Assembly: GCA_964202905.1 (NCBI GenBank)
Contig: CAXNJO010000002.1
Coordinates: 672,001-736,000 of the forward strand
Direction of reading: 5' to 3'
DNA: 64,000 nucleotides
DNA from: Polyangiales bacterium
GTDB taxonomy: Bacteria > Myxococcota_A > Polyangia > Polyangiales > JADJQN01
The translations under genes were made by a program, and so were the position numbers. Numbering within the stretch: position 1 is the stretch's first letter; every line of letters begins with the position of its first letter. The notes beneath the pieces are model-generated. The model saw only the letters and a list, made by a program, of their open reading frames with translations, did not search any database and was not told the DNA's origin. This document shows, piece by piece, positions 1-10,280 of this stretch.

Positions 1-1
1 G

Positions 2-1351
2 CGCGCGCTGCTGCGCGTGCCCGAGGTCATCCGCGCGAGCCACCGCATCGGCAGCCCCAACGTCGCCACCGACATCATGGGCATCGAGCAGTGCGACCTC
101 TTCCTCTCGATGCGGCCGCGCGCTGCGTGGCGCCCCGGTCTCACCCGCGACGCGCTGATCGAGGAGCTCGACGCGGCGATCGCGAGCGTCGATCCCGCGC
201 TCGATACGAGCTTCACGCACCCCATCCAGATGCGCTTCAACGAGCTGCTCGGCGGCACGACGAGCGACGTCAGCCTCGCGATCGAGGGCCCGGATCTCGA
301 GCCGCTGCAGCGGCTCGGCGAGTCCTCGGCGGCGGTCCTGCAGCGCGTCGCGGGCGCCGTCGACGTGCGCGTCACCTCGCCGCCCGCGGTGCCCGTGCTC
401 GACGTCGTGCCGCGCGCCTTCGACGCCGCGCAGCTCGGCCTCGACGATCGCGACGTGCTCGACGTCGTCGCCGCGCAGCGCGTCGGGCTCACCGTCGGCA
501 CCACGAGCGACGGCCCCGTGCGCATCCCCGTGCGTGTGCGGCTCTCGGGCACCACGACGGCCTTCGACCTCGCGCGCGCGCCCATCGCGACGGAGTCGGG
601 TGACGTCGTCCCGCTCTCGCGCGTCGCCGACGTGAACACCGTGCAGACGCCGGCGATGGTCGACCACGCGCAGGGCGAGCGCCGCATCGTCATCGCCTTC
701 AACGTGCGCGGTCGTGATCTCGGCTCCGTCGTCGCCGAGTCACAGCGGCGCTTCGAGCGCGAGGTGCGACTGCCGCCCGGCTATCTCCCGCGCTGGGGCG
801 GCCAGTACGAGAACCTCGAGGCCGCGCGTCTCCGCCTCCTCGTCGTCGTGCCCGGCGTGCTGCTCGGTGTGCTCGTGCTGCTGTACCGTGCGCTCGGCCG
901 CTGGCGCAGCGCGCTGCTCGTCTTCGCAAACGTGCCCTTCGCGGCGGTCGGCGGGCTCGCGCTCCTCACGCTGCGCGGCCTGCCGATCTCGATCTCCGCG
1001 GCGATCGGCTTCATCGCGCTCTCCGGCATCGCGGTGATGAACGGCGTCGTGCTCGTCTCGCGCGTGCACGCCGAAGAAGAAGAGGGCGCGACCCCCGCCG
1101 AGGCCGCCGTACGCGCCGCGCAGAGCCGCCTGCGCCCCGTGCTGATGACGGCGCTCGTCGCCGGGCTCGGCTTCGTGCCGATGATGCTCGCGCGCGGCGT
1201 CGGCGCCGAGGTGCAGGCGCCGCTCGCGACGGTCGTCGTGGGTGGTCTCGTGACCTCGACGCTGCTCACGCTCGTCGTGCTGCCGGCCGTCTACGCGCGC
1301 TTCGCCGGCACCCGCCGCGCCGCGCCTCCCGCTGAGCCTGCGGCGCACTGA
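2..1351 (+). CDS. CzcA/CusA-family heavy-metal RND efflux permease, C-terminal part (5' end outside window)
   Basis: Motifs FTHPIQMRFNELL, WGGQYENL, GFIALSGIAVMNGVVL and RLRPVLMTALVA..GFVPM are typical of HME-RND pumps; frame is open from the window start. Confidence 0.92.
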   Translation, partial: RALLRVPEVIRASHRIGSPNVATDIMGIEQCDLFLSMRPRAAWRPGLTRDALIEELDAAIASVDPALDTSFTHPIQMRFNELLGGTTSDVSLAIEGPDLEPLQRLGESSAAVLQRVAGAVDVRVTSPPAVPVLDVVPRAFDAAQLGLDDRDVLDVVAAQRVGLTVGTTSDGPVRIPVRVRLSGTTTAFDLARAPIATESGDVVPLSRVADVNTVQTPAMVDHAQGERRIVIAFNVRGRDLGSVVAESQRRFEREVRLPPGYLPRWGGQYENLEAARLRLLVVVPGVLLGVLVLLYRALGRWRSALLVFANVPFAAVGGLALLTLRGLPISISAAIGFIALSGIAVMNGVVLVSRVHAEEEEGATPAEAAVRAAQSRLRPVLMTALVAGLGFVPMMLARGVGAEVQAPLATVVVGGLVTSTLLTLVVLPAVYARFAGTRRAAPPAEPAAH

Positions 1352-1358
1352 GCGCGCG

Positions 1359-1724
1359 TCAGCGGGGCACGCAGATCACGCCGGGATCGCACTCCGGCTC
1401 GAACTCGCCGCGTACCTCGCAGCGAAATCCCTCGCTGCAGAAGCAGTGATTGCCGAACACGCATTGGGAAGCAGAGTCCCCGCGCGCCGTGCAATCGACG
1501 GGCACGAGCCTCTGATCGGGCGCGCCGCAGCTCGTCGGGACGGTCCCGACGAGCGCTGGGTCGATGGCCGCGTCGCGCATCGCCGCGTCGTGCGCCGCTG
1601 CATCGCGCATCGCCGCGTCGGCGACGGCGGCATCGTCGGACGGCTCCGTGCGCCGGGACTCCGGGCAGCCCGCGAGCAGCGAGACGGCGAGGAGCGAGAC
1701 GGCGACGGGGACGACTCTGCGCAT
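1359..1724 (-). CDS. Small Cys-rich lipoprotein (121 aa)
   Basis: ATG at 1724; signal peptide with lipobox LLAGC, DAA-repeat linker, then an 8-Cys C-terminal module. Confidence 0.7.
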   Translation of the reverse strand: MRRVVPVAVSLLAVSLLAGCPESRRTEPSDDAAVADAAMRDAAAHDAAMRDAAIDPALVGTVPTSCGAPDQRLVPVDCTARGDSASQCVFGNHCFCSEGFRCEVRGEFEPECDPGVICVPR

Positions 1725-1880
1725 CGCGCGGGACGCTATCACGGGGAGTGAACGCGGCCGTGGAGGTCGTGCCTCTCCCGCGTCGCAGCGCCCATCCACC
1801 TCGCCTCGTACGGGCTCACGCCGGTTGCGCAGCTCCGTCGGCGTCGACGGGAGAACGATCGATTCTGGTAGCCTCGCGCG

Positions 1881-4198
1881 ATGGCATCGCTGCAGGCCGG
1901 CCAGATCATCGCCGGAAAATATCAGCTCCTCTCGCCGATCGGCGAGGGCGGCATGGGCGTCGTGTGGCGGGCGCGGCATCTCGCGCTCGGTCGCGACGTG
2001 GCGATCAAGCTGATTCACGAAGCCAGCGTCGATGGGACCCTCCGCGAGCGTTTCCTCCGCGAGGCGCGCCACGCCGCGTCGGTGCGCCATCCGAACGTCG
2101 TCGACGTGATCGACATCGGCTCGACGGAGGCGGGCCTCCCCTTCTTCGTCATGGAGCTGCTCGAGGGCCGGACTCTCGGTGCGCGTCTCGCTCTCGGACG
2201 CCTCCCGCTCGAGGAGGTGCTCTGGATCGCGGTCGGGACGCTGCGCGGACTCGCTGCCGTGCACGCCGCGGGGCTGCTTCATCGCGATCTCAAGCCGGAG
2301 AACATCTTTCTCGCCGTGGAAGGCGGGGAGACGGTCGTGAAGCTCCTCGATTTCGGCGTCGCCCGCAGCCAGCGCGAGCCCGCTGCGGCGGCGCTCCTGA
2401 CGCAGCCCGGGACGATGCTCGGCACCCCCGCGTACATGTCCATCGAACAGCTCCGCGGCGCCGAGGATCTCGACGCGCGCAGCGATCTCTACGCCGTGGG
2501 CGCGATTCTCTACGAGGCGCTCGCCGGACAGCGACCGCACGGCGGCGCGACGGTCGCGCTGCTGATCGCCGCCAAGCTCGAGCGCGACCCCGAGGCGCTC
2601 CTCGCCGTGCGGCCGGACCTCCCCGGCGCGCTCTGCGGAATCGTGCATCGGGCCCTCCATCGTCAACGGGCCGAGCGGTTCACGTCGGCCACGGAGATGT
2701 TGCAGGCGCTGCTCGGCGAACCCGACCTGGCCGCGCTCCTCCAGCGCGACGGGGCGTCGTTCCCGCGGACGCCGACGCCGGTCGCCGCGGCTGCAGCGCG
2801 TGAGTTTCCGACTTCTCCGCCGTCGCCCGTGGCGCGCACGGAGGCATGGAGCGTGACGCCTGCCGCGGGCGCGCCTCCGAGCGGCGTGGCCGTGACCGCG
2901 CCCTGGACGCCCCCCGATGCGGGGATGCCTGCCCCGCTGCCTCCTTCCGCGGTCGCCTCGCCGACCACGTCGAAGACACCGATGTTCCTCGCGGCCGCGT
3001 TGGCGCTCGGCGTGCTCGGGGTGTGCGGGCTCGGCGCCCTGCTGTTCTGGATGCGTGGCGACGCGGGCGACGAGGCGTCACGCGTCGCGGAGGCCGCGGC
3101 TCCGGCAGCGGGTCATTCCGCGAGCTGGATCCTCGGGGAGGCCGCCGCGCTGTCGATGCTCGCCGCGCAGTGGCGGGCGATCCAGTCCGATTCGGCGCGC
3201 GACGCCATCCGTCTCGTGCGGCAATCGGACGATGGGAGATATCTACCCATCATGGTCGAGGGTAGTGATGCGGAGTGGGCGACTCTCGCGGCGCGTCGCT
3301 TCGGGGGCACGCCCGTGCGTGCCGAGGTGCCCGCGGGCGAGCAGGTGTCTCTCACGCTGTTACGAACAGGAAGCGTGACCCTGCGCGCGGGGCCGACGAA
3401 ACGCACGGAGCGTGTCGATGCGCTCCAGTCGGGTGTCCTCGTTGCCGGCGTCCGGGGCGCGTCGGCGGGACGGAGTCGCCGACCGAAGGTCCGAATCCTT
3501 GGGCGTTCGTCGTCTCGGACGGCGAGCGGTTGGGGTGGGTGTCCGTCCCGGAAGGCCGCCGCAATCGACAACAACCCGCTCCCCTCGAGGCCTACGGAGG
3601 TTGTGCACCGGAGTTCGATGCGTTCCTGAACGAGCTGCCGAGCGAATACCGTGCTTCTGCGCTCGCGGAAACCTCCATCCGCACGACCTCCGACATCGCG
3701 AGTGCCCCGGGACAGCAAAGCGGGTTCGTCATGCGCTTCAACCTCCCGGGCGACGACGGCGCCTACGTCGGTCTGTTCGCGTCGTCGGCGGATTGTCGTC
3801 TGTCGCTCCTCGGTCTTCATCGCGTCGATCATCCCGTTCACCTGACCTACCTCTGCGACGCCATCCCCAACATCGGCCCCAAACTGCTGATCGTGCGAGG
3901 CCCCGCCCTCACGCAGGGTTACGAACACTGGCAGGCGTTCGTGGTCGGCGAGCCCGGCACGGTGTGGAGTACGTCGTTGCTTTCGGACGAGAGTCTCGGT
4001 CGGCGGAGCGTGCGAGTCCGAATTGCCGCGACCACGACTCAAGGTCTGTACGCGCCGGTCTCCGTGCAACGGCCCGAGGCGCCCTATCCAGAGCTGTTCG
4101 TGTGGGATGGCTCCCAACTCCGCTCTTCGGACATGGCCGCTGGGGGCAACTACTTTGGCGACGAGGGCTCGGGCGACGAGTTCGGCGAATTCGAATAG
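1881..4198 (+). CDS. Membrane Ser/Thr protein kinase with extracellular C-terminal region (probable frameshift near 3465)
   Basis: GEGGMGVV, VAIK, HRDLKPEN, DFG and GTPAYM kinase motifs; Pro-rich linker and TM helix. An SH3-like segment (LRAGPT...) continues in the 3275..4198 frame (W.FV..DG..LGWV). Confidence 0.85.
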
Positions 4199-4264
4199 AC
4201 CTCATTCCATCACCCCTCCATCGTCACCGGAAGTCGGTATTCCCGCGTCGAGAGCCTCCAATTC

Positions 4265-6937
4265 ATGACGCCACGCCTCTCTCGCTCGACACTCCCTTGC
4301 GAGCCGCCGCACCTCATCGTCGTCGGCCGCGACCCGGCGCGCGTGCACGTGGTCGTCGAGCACCCGAACGTCAGCGGCGCGCACCTGCGCCTGGACCTCG
4401 CCGCGGGGACGATCACCGACCTGCAGAGCTCGGCGGGAACGTACGACTCCAGCACACGTCGACTCCCGCCCGGACAGCCCGTTCCGCTCGATGCGGCCGG
4501 CAGCGTCGCGCTCGGTCCCGTCCGGCTGACCGTCGCGGACATCGTGGCCGTCGTACGGGGGGCGATACCATCCAATCCCCCGGAAGCCTCCCGTACGCCT
4601 GCGCGCGCGACGACGGCGGCGGGATCTGCGGCGCAGGTGTCTCCGTCCGCGGCCCACGTTTCTCCGCCTGCGGCGGCGGGGCCGACGGTGCTCGGCCGCT
4701 CGCGGCTCGGCGCGCATTCGGGGGCCGCCGTCGTCCTCGGCCGAAGCCCGGACAACGACATCGTGTTGCCCTATCCGCAGGTGTCGGCGCGCCACGCCCA
4801 GGTGACGCGCGGCGCGGATGGGCAACTCCGCATCGTCGACCTCGGGAGCTCCAATGGGACCTACGTGGAGGGGCGGCGATTGCGCTCGGGAGAGAGCGCT
4901 GCCCTCGCACCCCAAATGCGCGTCTGGCTGGGGCCCTATGCGCTCGTCATCGACGACGACGACGGCTCCATCGTCACCTCCGTCCAGCGCAGGAACGATT
5001 TCGAGAATGCCAACGTCGTCGAGATCGAGGCGCTTGGCCTGGGCCTGCAAGTTCCTGATCGCACGCGCAAAGGCACGCAGAAGGTGCTGCTGAACGACGT
5101 CACCTTCAAAGCGCTGCCCGGCGATCTGATCGCGCTGATGGGCCCGTCCGGCGCGGGGAAATCGACCCTCCTGACCGTGCTCAACGGCTCACTCCGGCCC
5201 ACTTCGGGTGAAGTGCGCGTCAACGGCGAGAACCTCCACGCGATCTACGACGCGCTGCGCGGCAGCATCGGTTACGTCCCGCAGGACGATCTGCTGCACG
5301 CGGAGTTGACGGTGCGCGAGGCCGTCTCGTTCAGTGCGCGCGCGCGTCTGCCCCCGGATTTCTCCCGAGAAGAGGTCGACCGTCGGGTCACGAAGACGCT
5401 CACCGATCTCGGACTCGAGCACGTGGCGGACACGGTGATTGGCTCGCCGACGCACAAGATCCTGTCGGGAGGGCAGCGCAAACGCGTGAACATCGCGCTC
5501 GAGCTGGTCACGGATCCGGCGCTGCTGTTCCTCGACGAGCCGACCTCCGGGCTCGCCGCCGACGACACGGTGGCACTGATCGACCTCCTCGCCGGCCTCG
5601 CGAATCGCGATGGCAAGACGGTGGTCGTCACGATTCACCAGCCCGCCCGGGAGGAGTTCGAGAAGTTCAATCTGGCGCTCGTGCTCGGGTTCGGCGGTGA
5701 GCCGGTGTATTTCGGCCCGACCGGCCGCGCTGCGTACGAGTTCTTCGCCGGATATCGGGGGCGACCGACGGAGAACCCCCGCGACATGTTCTTCCAGCTC
5801 AAGAGCCGGGAGGACGACGCCGTCGCGCGCGGTCAGCTCTCGAGTCGCTCGGAGGCCCGTCTCGCTGCGGCGCGCGAGTGGCGGGGCGAGTTCTTCCGAC
5901 CGGACAATCCGATCTACCGAAGCATGTATTCGGGCCGTCGCGAGCCCGGCACACCGGGGACGGTGCGTCCGTCGACGCGCTCCCGACCGTCGCGTGCAGG
6001 GCAGTTTCTCCTCCTGCTCACCCGCTACGCCACCATCAAGGTTCGTGACGTGTCGGGATTGATGGTGATGTTGCTCCAGGCACCGTTGATCGGAGGGATT
6101 CTGTCGGCCGTCTTCTCGGAGACGCCCGCGGTCCCGCAGCTCTGGTGCCAGAACGAAGTCCTCACGATCGAGCGCAATGCGCGTTGTGCGGCGTCGTTGA
6201 CCGAGCGATTCCTGCCCGTGCGGGATATGAAGGCAGCGCTCTTCATTCTCACGATCAGCGCGCTCTGGTTCGGTGTGAGCAACGCGGCCCGGGAGATCGT
6301 CTCCGAGACGGCGATCTACCGCCGTGAGCGGATGGTCAACCTCTCGGTTCTCAGCTACGTCGGGTCCAAGTTCGTCCTGCTGGCTGCGTTCTCTCTCGTG
6401 CAGTGTCTGGTCTTGCTCGGTTTCGTCTACGTACCTTTGGAGCTCGGGTCCGGGACGTTTGCAGCGTTTCTACCGATGTTCGTCTCGATGGGTTTGACGT
6501 CGACGTGCGGGGTCGCGCTCGGCCTGTTGATCTCGACGGTCGTCCGTTCCGCCGAAGCCGCCATGGCGCTGACGCCGATCGCCTTGATTCCACAGATCGT
6601 CATGGGTGGCCTGCTCGTGCCGATGACGAACAAGGCGTGGCTGGAGTGGCCGATGGCGGCGATGCCCTCGCGCTGGGGATTCGAGAGCATGGTCGCCGCC
6701 GAGCGCGAGACGCTCCGCGAGGGCTGGGACGTCGCGACCTGCGCCACCGGGGCCGAGTTCGTCGACCTGCGCGGCCAATTCGACTGCGCCGTGGCGGAGA
6801 TCGCCGGCGGTCACAGGGGTGCGCTTGGATTCGCGAGCTGGGATTCCGCGCTCACGCACCACGGCGCGCTCGTCGCGATGTGCGTCGTGTGTCTCGTCGC
6901 GGTCGTGGTGTTGCTGCGCCGACGCGACGCGATCTGA
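4265..6937 (+). CDS. FHA-domain ABC transporter (two FHA + ABCG-type ATPase + ABC-2 permease; Rv1747-like architecture)
   Basis: Two FHA motifs (GR...VSGAH; GRS..ND...VSARHA..DLGSSNGT), Walker A GPSGAGKS, LSGGQRKR, DEPTSGL and C-terminal TM helices. Confidence 0.92.
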   Translation: MTPRLSRSTLPCEPPHLIVVGRDPARVHVVVEHPNVSGAHLRLDLAAGTITDLQSSAGTYDSSTRRLPPGQPVPLDAAGSVALGPVRLTVADIVAVVRGAIPSNPPEASRTPARATTAAGSAAQVSPSAAHVSPPAAAGPTVLGRSRLGAHSGAAVVLGRSPDNDIVLPYPQVSARHAQVTRGADGQLRIVDLGSSNGTYVEGRRLRSGESAALAPQMRVWLGPYALVIDDDDGSIVTSVQRRNDFENANVVEIEALGLGLQVPDRTRKGTQKVLLNDVTFKALPGDLIALMGPSGAGKSTLLTVLNGSLRPTSGEVRVNGENLHAIYDALRGSIGYVPQDDLLHAELTVREAVSFSARARLPPDFSREEVDRRVTKTLTDLGLEHVADTVIGSPTHKILSGGQRKRVNIALELVTDPALLFLDEPTSGLAADDTVALIDLLAGLANRDGKTVVVTIHQPAREEFEKFNLALVLGFGGEPVYFGPTGRAAYEFFAGYRGRPTENPRDMFFQLKSREDDAVARGQLSSRSEARLAAAREWRGEFFRPDNPIYRSMYSGRREPGTPGTVRPSTRSRPSRAGQFLLLLTRYATIKVRDVSGLMVMLLQAPLIGGILSAVFSETPAVPQLWCQNEVLTIERNARCAASLTERFLPVRDMKAALFILTISALWFGVSNAAREIVSETAIYRRERMVNLSVLSYVGSKFVLLAAFSLVQCLVLLGFVYVPLELGSGTFAAFLPMFVSMGLTSTCGVALGLLISTVVRSAEAAMALTPIALIPQIVMGGLLVPMTNKAWLEWPMAAMPSRWGFESMVAAERETLREGWDVATCATGAEFVDLRGQFDCAVAEIAGGHRGALGFASWDSALTHHGALVAMCVVCLVAVVVLLRRRDAI

Positions 6938-6966
6938 GCGGAGTTCCGAGAGGGGAGCCCGGCCCC

Positions 6967-7611
6967 TCAACGCCGCCGCGGCGCGCGGAGCTGGAGGCGC
7001 AGCGGGACTTCGTCGCGGATGAGGTCGTCGGGCATGCCCGGGTAGACGATCCCGAAGTCGCGGCGGTTGATCGTGAGTTGCGCGTCGGCCTCGACGGCGT
7101 CGGGCGTGACGCGGATCGTCGCGGGGAAGCTGAGCGGCTTCGTGACGCCGTGCAGCGTGAGATCACCGCTGATGACGTGCGTCGCGCCGGGCGTCGTCGC
7201 GGTCGCGATCGTCCGCGAGACGAACTTCGCGCGTGGGAACTGCGGCGCGTCGAAGAGATCGGCGCTCAAGAGGTGCGTGCGCAGCCGCTCCGGCTCGATC
7301 ACGACGGAGTCCATCTCGATGTCGATCGAGACCTTGCTGCGCTCGGGGGCGCCGTCGACGAGCTCCACGGTGCCGGTGAAGCGCGAGAACGTGCCGTCGT
7401 GGCTGCCGGTGATCTTGCTGCCGGTGAAGCCGATCGACGACGTCGCGAGGTCGGCCTGGAGTGTTTCGGTGCCGGTCGCGGGCGCGGCTGCGGGCGGGGC
7501 GGCTGCGGCTGGCGGGGGCGCTGCAGGCGGCGTCGGTGTCACCGTCGCAGGGCTGCTCGACGCGGCGGGAGCACTCGATTCGCTGCCGCAAGCGCCGAGG
7601 AGGGCGGCGGC
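6967..7611 (-). pseudogene. YceI-family lipoprotein, 5' end split off by an insertion (rest of signal peptide at ~8759-8794)
   Basis: YceI motifs HLLSADLFDA..FP, GDLTLHGVTK and INRRDFGI; lipobox LGAC. Removing 7612-8758 restores the in-frame reading V/M-GPPLARLSFAAALLGAC. Confidence 0.75.
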
Positions 7612-8345
7612 GCGTAGGACATTCGAACCCCTGATCTGCGCCCGCTCCATGCACGGAGGAACGCTACGCGGCTCAGTTGCCCCCCACCGGAGCCCGCGCC
7701 CGTTTGCCCGCCGGCGCCGATCTGCCCGCCCGAGCGACCGACCGCACCCGTCTTTCGCGAATGCGACCACCTTCAGCATTGCGTCGAGACGATCCGCCAC
7801 GGACACCCCGTCGGCGAAGGCTGACCCATGCCGCTCGACGACAACTACGCCCGCTGCGGTATCGCCACCGCACGCGTCGAAACGCCTGTCGAATGCGCCA
7901 ACCTCGGAAGCTGCATCTTGTCCGTCCGCGGCGGCCTCAAGCCCGGACTCGGTTGCCCACACGAAGGCTCCGCCCTCTACGAAGAGTGCGGCCGCTGGCA
8001 GCCGCCTCGACCTCGCGCCGCACGACGCGGGAGACGAGCGGCGTCGCGCCAGACGACTCCGCCTACGGACGCGCGCTAGAGCCTCAACCGTTCAAGCCCG
8101 TAGTCTTCGCGCCGCGGGCTTTCGGCATTCGTGCCGCGCCGGCACCTCGGGGAGCACGTCGTCGAACAGGTGCGCGGCCAGTGCGCGCGCAACACGCGAT
8201 GCAGCACAGTGTCCTCCGGACGCCGCCGCGCATAGCCGTCCGCACGAGGTGCGTGAGCAAGAGCAGAACAAGCAGCGGCAACGGCAGACACCGCCGCTCA
8301 TCGGCGCATCATCTGGCGCAGTGCTCAGCGTGCTCGGCGGCGTCA
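7612..8345 (-). mobile_element. Internally deleted, non-autonomous IS91/ISCR-family element, copy 1
   Basis: The minus-strand end GGGTTCGAATGTCCTACGC resembles ISCR oriIS (as recalled for ISCR1, GCGTTTGAACTTCCTATAC). It carries transposase remnants. The right boundary is approximate. Confidence 0.65.
8076..8291 (-). pseudogene. IS91-family transposase N-terminal remnant
   Basis: YARRRPEDTVLHRVLRAHW matches the IS91-family N-terminus. It is joined across a deletion, in another frame, to AAHLFDDVLPEVP, the motif that follows the Zn finger. Confidence 0.7.
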
Positions 8346-8568
8346 GTCGCTCGCGGCGCGCGAGGGCGAGCTCGGACGGGTGCGCGCGGACGAAGAGCGC
8401 CTCACGCGCGAGCTCGCGGAAGCGCGCAGCGACGCGGCGAGTGCGGCCGCGCAGATCGCCGCCGCCGACGCGCGCCGCGCCGACGCCGAGCGCGACGTGA
8501 GCGAGCTGCGCCGCGAGCTCGAGCGGCTGCGCAACGCCGAGCCTGCGCCCGCGCCCGCGGGGCCCTGA
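8345..8568 (+). pseudogene. 3' fragment of a coiled-coil protein gene (copy 1)
   Basis: Heptad-rich reading ...RADEERLTRELAEAR...ERLRNAEPAPAPAGP* with host-like codon usage; no intact 5' part. Confidence 0.5.
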
Positions 8569-8593
8569 GCCGCGCGGCGCGCTCGCTCGCGCG

Positions 8594-8756
8594 TCAATAG
8601 CCCCGATACGCGGGCCCGGCTTCCTTGCGGAGCGACATCACCGAAATCAGCTCCGCGCGGTCCTGCGCGAGGTAGTGACGCGGGATCATCTGTTGGTGCA
8701 GCACCTTCCCGAGTCGCGTGAGGGAGAAGGTGCCGAGCACGGGATTCGACGTGCCG
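8594..8756 (-). pseudogene. Duplicated 3' end of the HemN-like radical SAM gene
   Basis: GTSNPVLGTFSLTRLGKVLHQQMIPRHYLAQDRAELISVMSLRKEAGPAYRGY*, near-identical to the C-terminus encoded at 11263-11425. Confidence 0.9.
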
Positions 8757-8772
8757 GCAAAAGACAAACGCG

Positions 8773-9525
8773 CTAACGGCGGCCCCACCACCACGATGCG
8801 TGCACGACCGCCTGATGGCGCGGCTCGGGGAGAAAGTCGACCGTGCCGATGGCGCCCAAACCGAAGCTCCCGGACGACGTTTCGAGGAGCGGCAAGTCGA
8901 CGCCCATCGCGAACTGCACGACGAAGGTATCGGCGAATGTCGTCGGGCGATCTTCGTACGACGAGCAGCCGGTGCGACGTGAACATGACGTCATACGCAC
9001 TTCATCGAGACCTGAAAAACGCGCGTCGACCGCTCGGTAGCCGACGAGCGTCGAGAGATGCAGGACGATCGGGCCGATCTCCACAGCAGCGCTCGGCCCC
9101 GCCGCGATCTGAGAGGCGAGTCGGCCTTCGGGCCCGGCTTCGACGAAGTTCGGTGCGACCGCCCCATCGCGCTCAAACCAACCGACTCCAAACGAAAAAC
9201 GCCCGCCGAACCAATGGTTCGGCAAGTACACAGCGGCGTCGATCGCCACGCCGTTTGACGACGGTGAGAGAAAGCCGAGCTCGCGCCCGGTTGCGTCTGG
9301 ACCTGCTCCTTCAACGACAGTGCGAAAGCGCGAATCGGCCACCCCCAGCGCCGCGTGCCACCAGCCGACACGAAGCGCGAGCGTGACGGGCTGTCCCTCT
9401 GCGGCGGCGATCCCGACGAGAGGCGTGGGCGCCGTGGTCTGCGCGAAGCTCGACGTCGGCGCGACGAACGAGATCGCGGCGAAGAGAACGAAGACGAAAC
9501 ATGCGGCGTTGCGATGGTTCCTCAT
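8773..9525 (-). CDS. Hypothetical secreted / outer-membrane beta-rich protein
   Basis: ATG at 9525, Sec signal peptide (..PTSSFA-Q), alternating beta-strand pattern and Trp-rich C-terminus. Confidence 0.6.
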   Translation of the reverse strand: MRNHRNAACFVFVLFAAISFVAPTSSFAQTTAPTPLVGIAAAEGQPVTLALRVGWWHAALGVADSRFRTVVEGAGPDATGRELGFLSPSSNGVAIDAAVYLPNHWFGGRFSFGVGWFERDGAVAPNFVEAGPEGRLASQIAAGPSAAVEIGPIVLHLSTLVGYRAVDARFSGLDEVRMTSCSRRTGCSSYEDRPTTFADTFVVQFAMGVDLPLLETSSGSFGLGAIGTVDFLPEPRHQAVVHASWWWGRR

Positions 9526-9529
9526 CGAT

Positions 9530-10280
9530 GCGTATAGCCCATCCGATCGCCCCTTCGGTCGTGCTCCGTGACGCTGCATCTTCTCCGAACGCTACGCGAG
9601 CGCGCCGCGGAGCACAATCTCGACGTCAATGCTGCTCTGCCGGAGGCGCGTCGACGTGCCTCGAGCGCCCACTTTCAGCGCATGTTCGCGCAGCGAACGC
9701 ACGTCTCCCTGACCGCGCTGTGCGCAGCCGCTCGACTCACGGTGCTCTCCGCTCAACCGAACACGAGCCGCAGCTGCCCGTGCGCGGACGCTCGCGGCTC
9801 GGCGTCGGGCGGCGCTCTCGGCGGCGCTCTTGCATAGCCGCGCTCGCTGAGCACGCGCGCTATCTCGCCGGGCTTCTTCGCGATCTCGACGATGCGCAGC
9901 CGGCCGCCGCACTTCTCGCACTTCAAGATATCGACCGCGAACACCCGCTGCAGTAGCCAGCTCCACGGATGTCGCGACGGCTCGGCCGTCTTCTTCTTCG
10001 TGGCGCTCTTCGCTGACATCGTCGGCTCGTCCGTCTCATCGAACAGCGAGAGCTGCTTTGGCGGCGCGGCCGGCTTCTTCGGCACGACCTCGGCACGCAG
10101 CGACGAGTGCCCGGCGAGCACGCCGAGGTAGCGCATCAAATGAAAGCGCGGAGGCGGTACCAGCGCGCAAAGCCGCGCGATGAAGTCCGCGGGCGAGAGC
10201 ACGACGGCGTGCGTCCCGTCCCTCCACGCCTTCTTGAAGCGATAGACGACCTGTCCGTCATCGCGCAGCGACAGCCGAGC
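9530..10280 (-). mobile_element. Second IS91/ISCR-family element, 3' half with putative oriIS at ~9530-9550
   Basis: Transposase C-terminus followed by minus-strand GCGATCGGATGGGCTATACGC. It shares the 12-mer GAACGCTACGCG (9587-9598) with the other element end (7659-7670). Confidence 0.6.
9753..10280 (-). pseudogene. IS91-family (Y2) transposase C-terminal fragment
   Basis: VVYRFKKAWRDGTHAVVLSPADFIARLCALVPPPRFHLMRYLGVLA and WSWLLQRVFAVDILKCEKCGGRLR; truncated at the repeat boundary. Confidence 0.88.

Larger units (their letters stand above)
7610..8756. repeat. 1147-bp direct repeat, copy 1 (copy 2 at 10279-11425)
   Basis: By visual comparison the copies are identical at offset 2669 except one SNP (7731/10400) and a 9-substitution patch (8645-8665 vs 11314-11334). 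Confidence 0.95.

Noticed and set aside
2..1351. Functional link between the CzcA-type metal pump and the His-rich peptide cluster
   Set aside because: They are separated by ~10 kb of unrelated genes and IS remnants; proximity alone is insufficient.
7612..7640. tRNA T-arm-like sequence (GGGGTTCGAAT) suggesting a tRNA or att site
   Set aside because: There is no cloverleaf and the T-stem is imperfect; it fits an IS91/ISCR oriIS next to transposase remnants better.
7828..8079. 83-aa Cys-containing ORF (also at 10497-10748)
   Set aside because: It lies inside the IS remnant, with no RBS or recognisable motif, so it cannot be supported.
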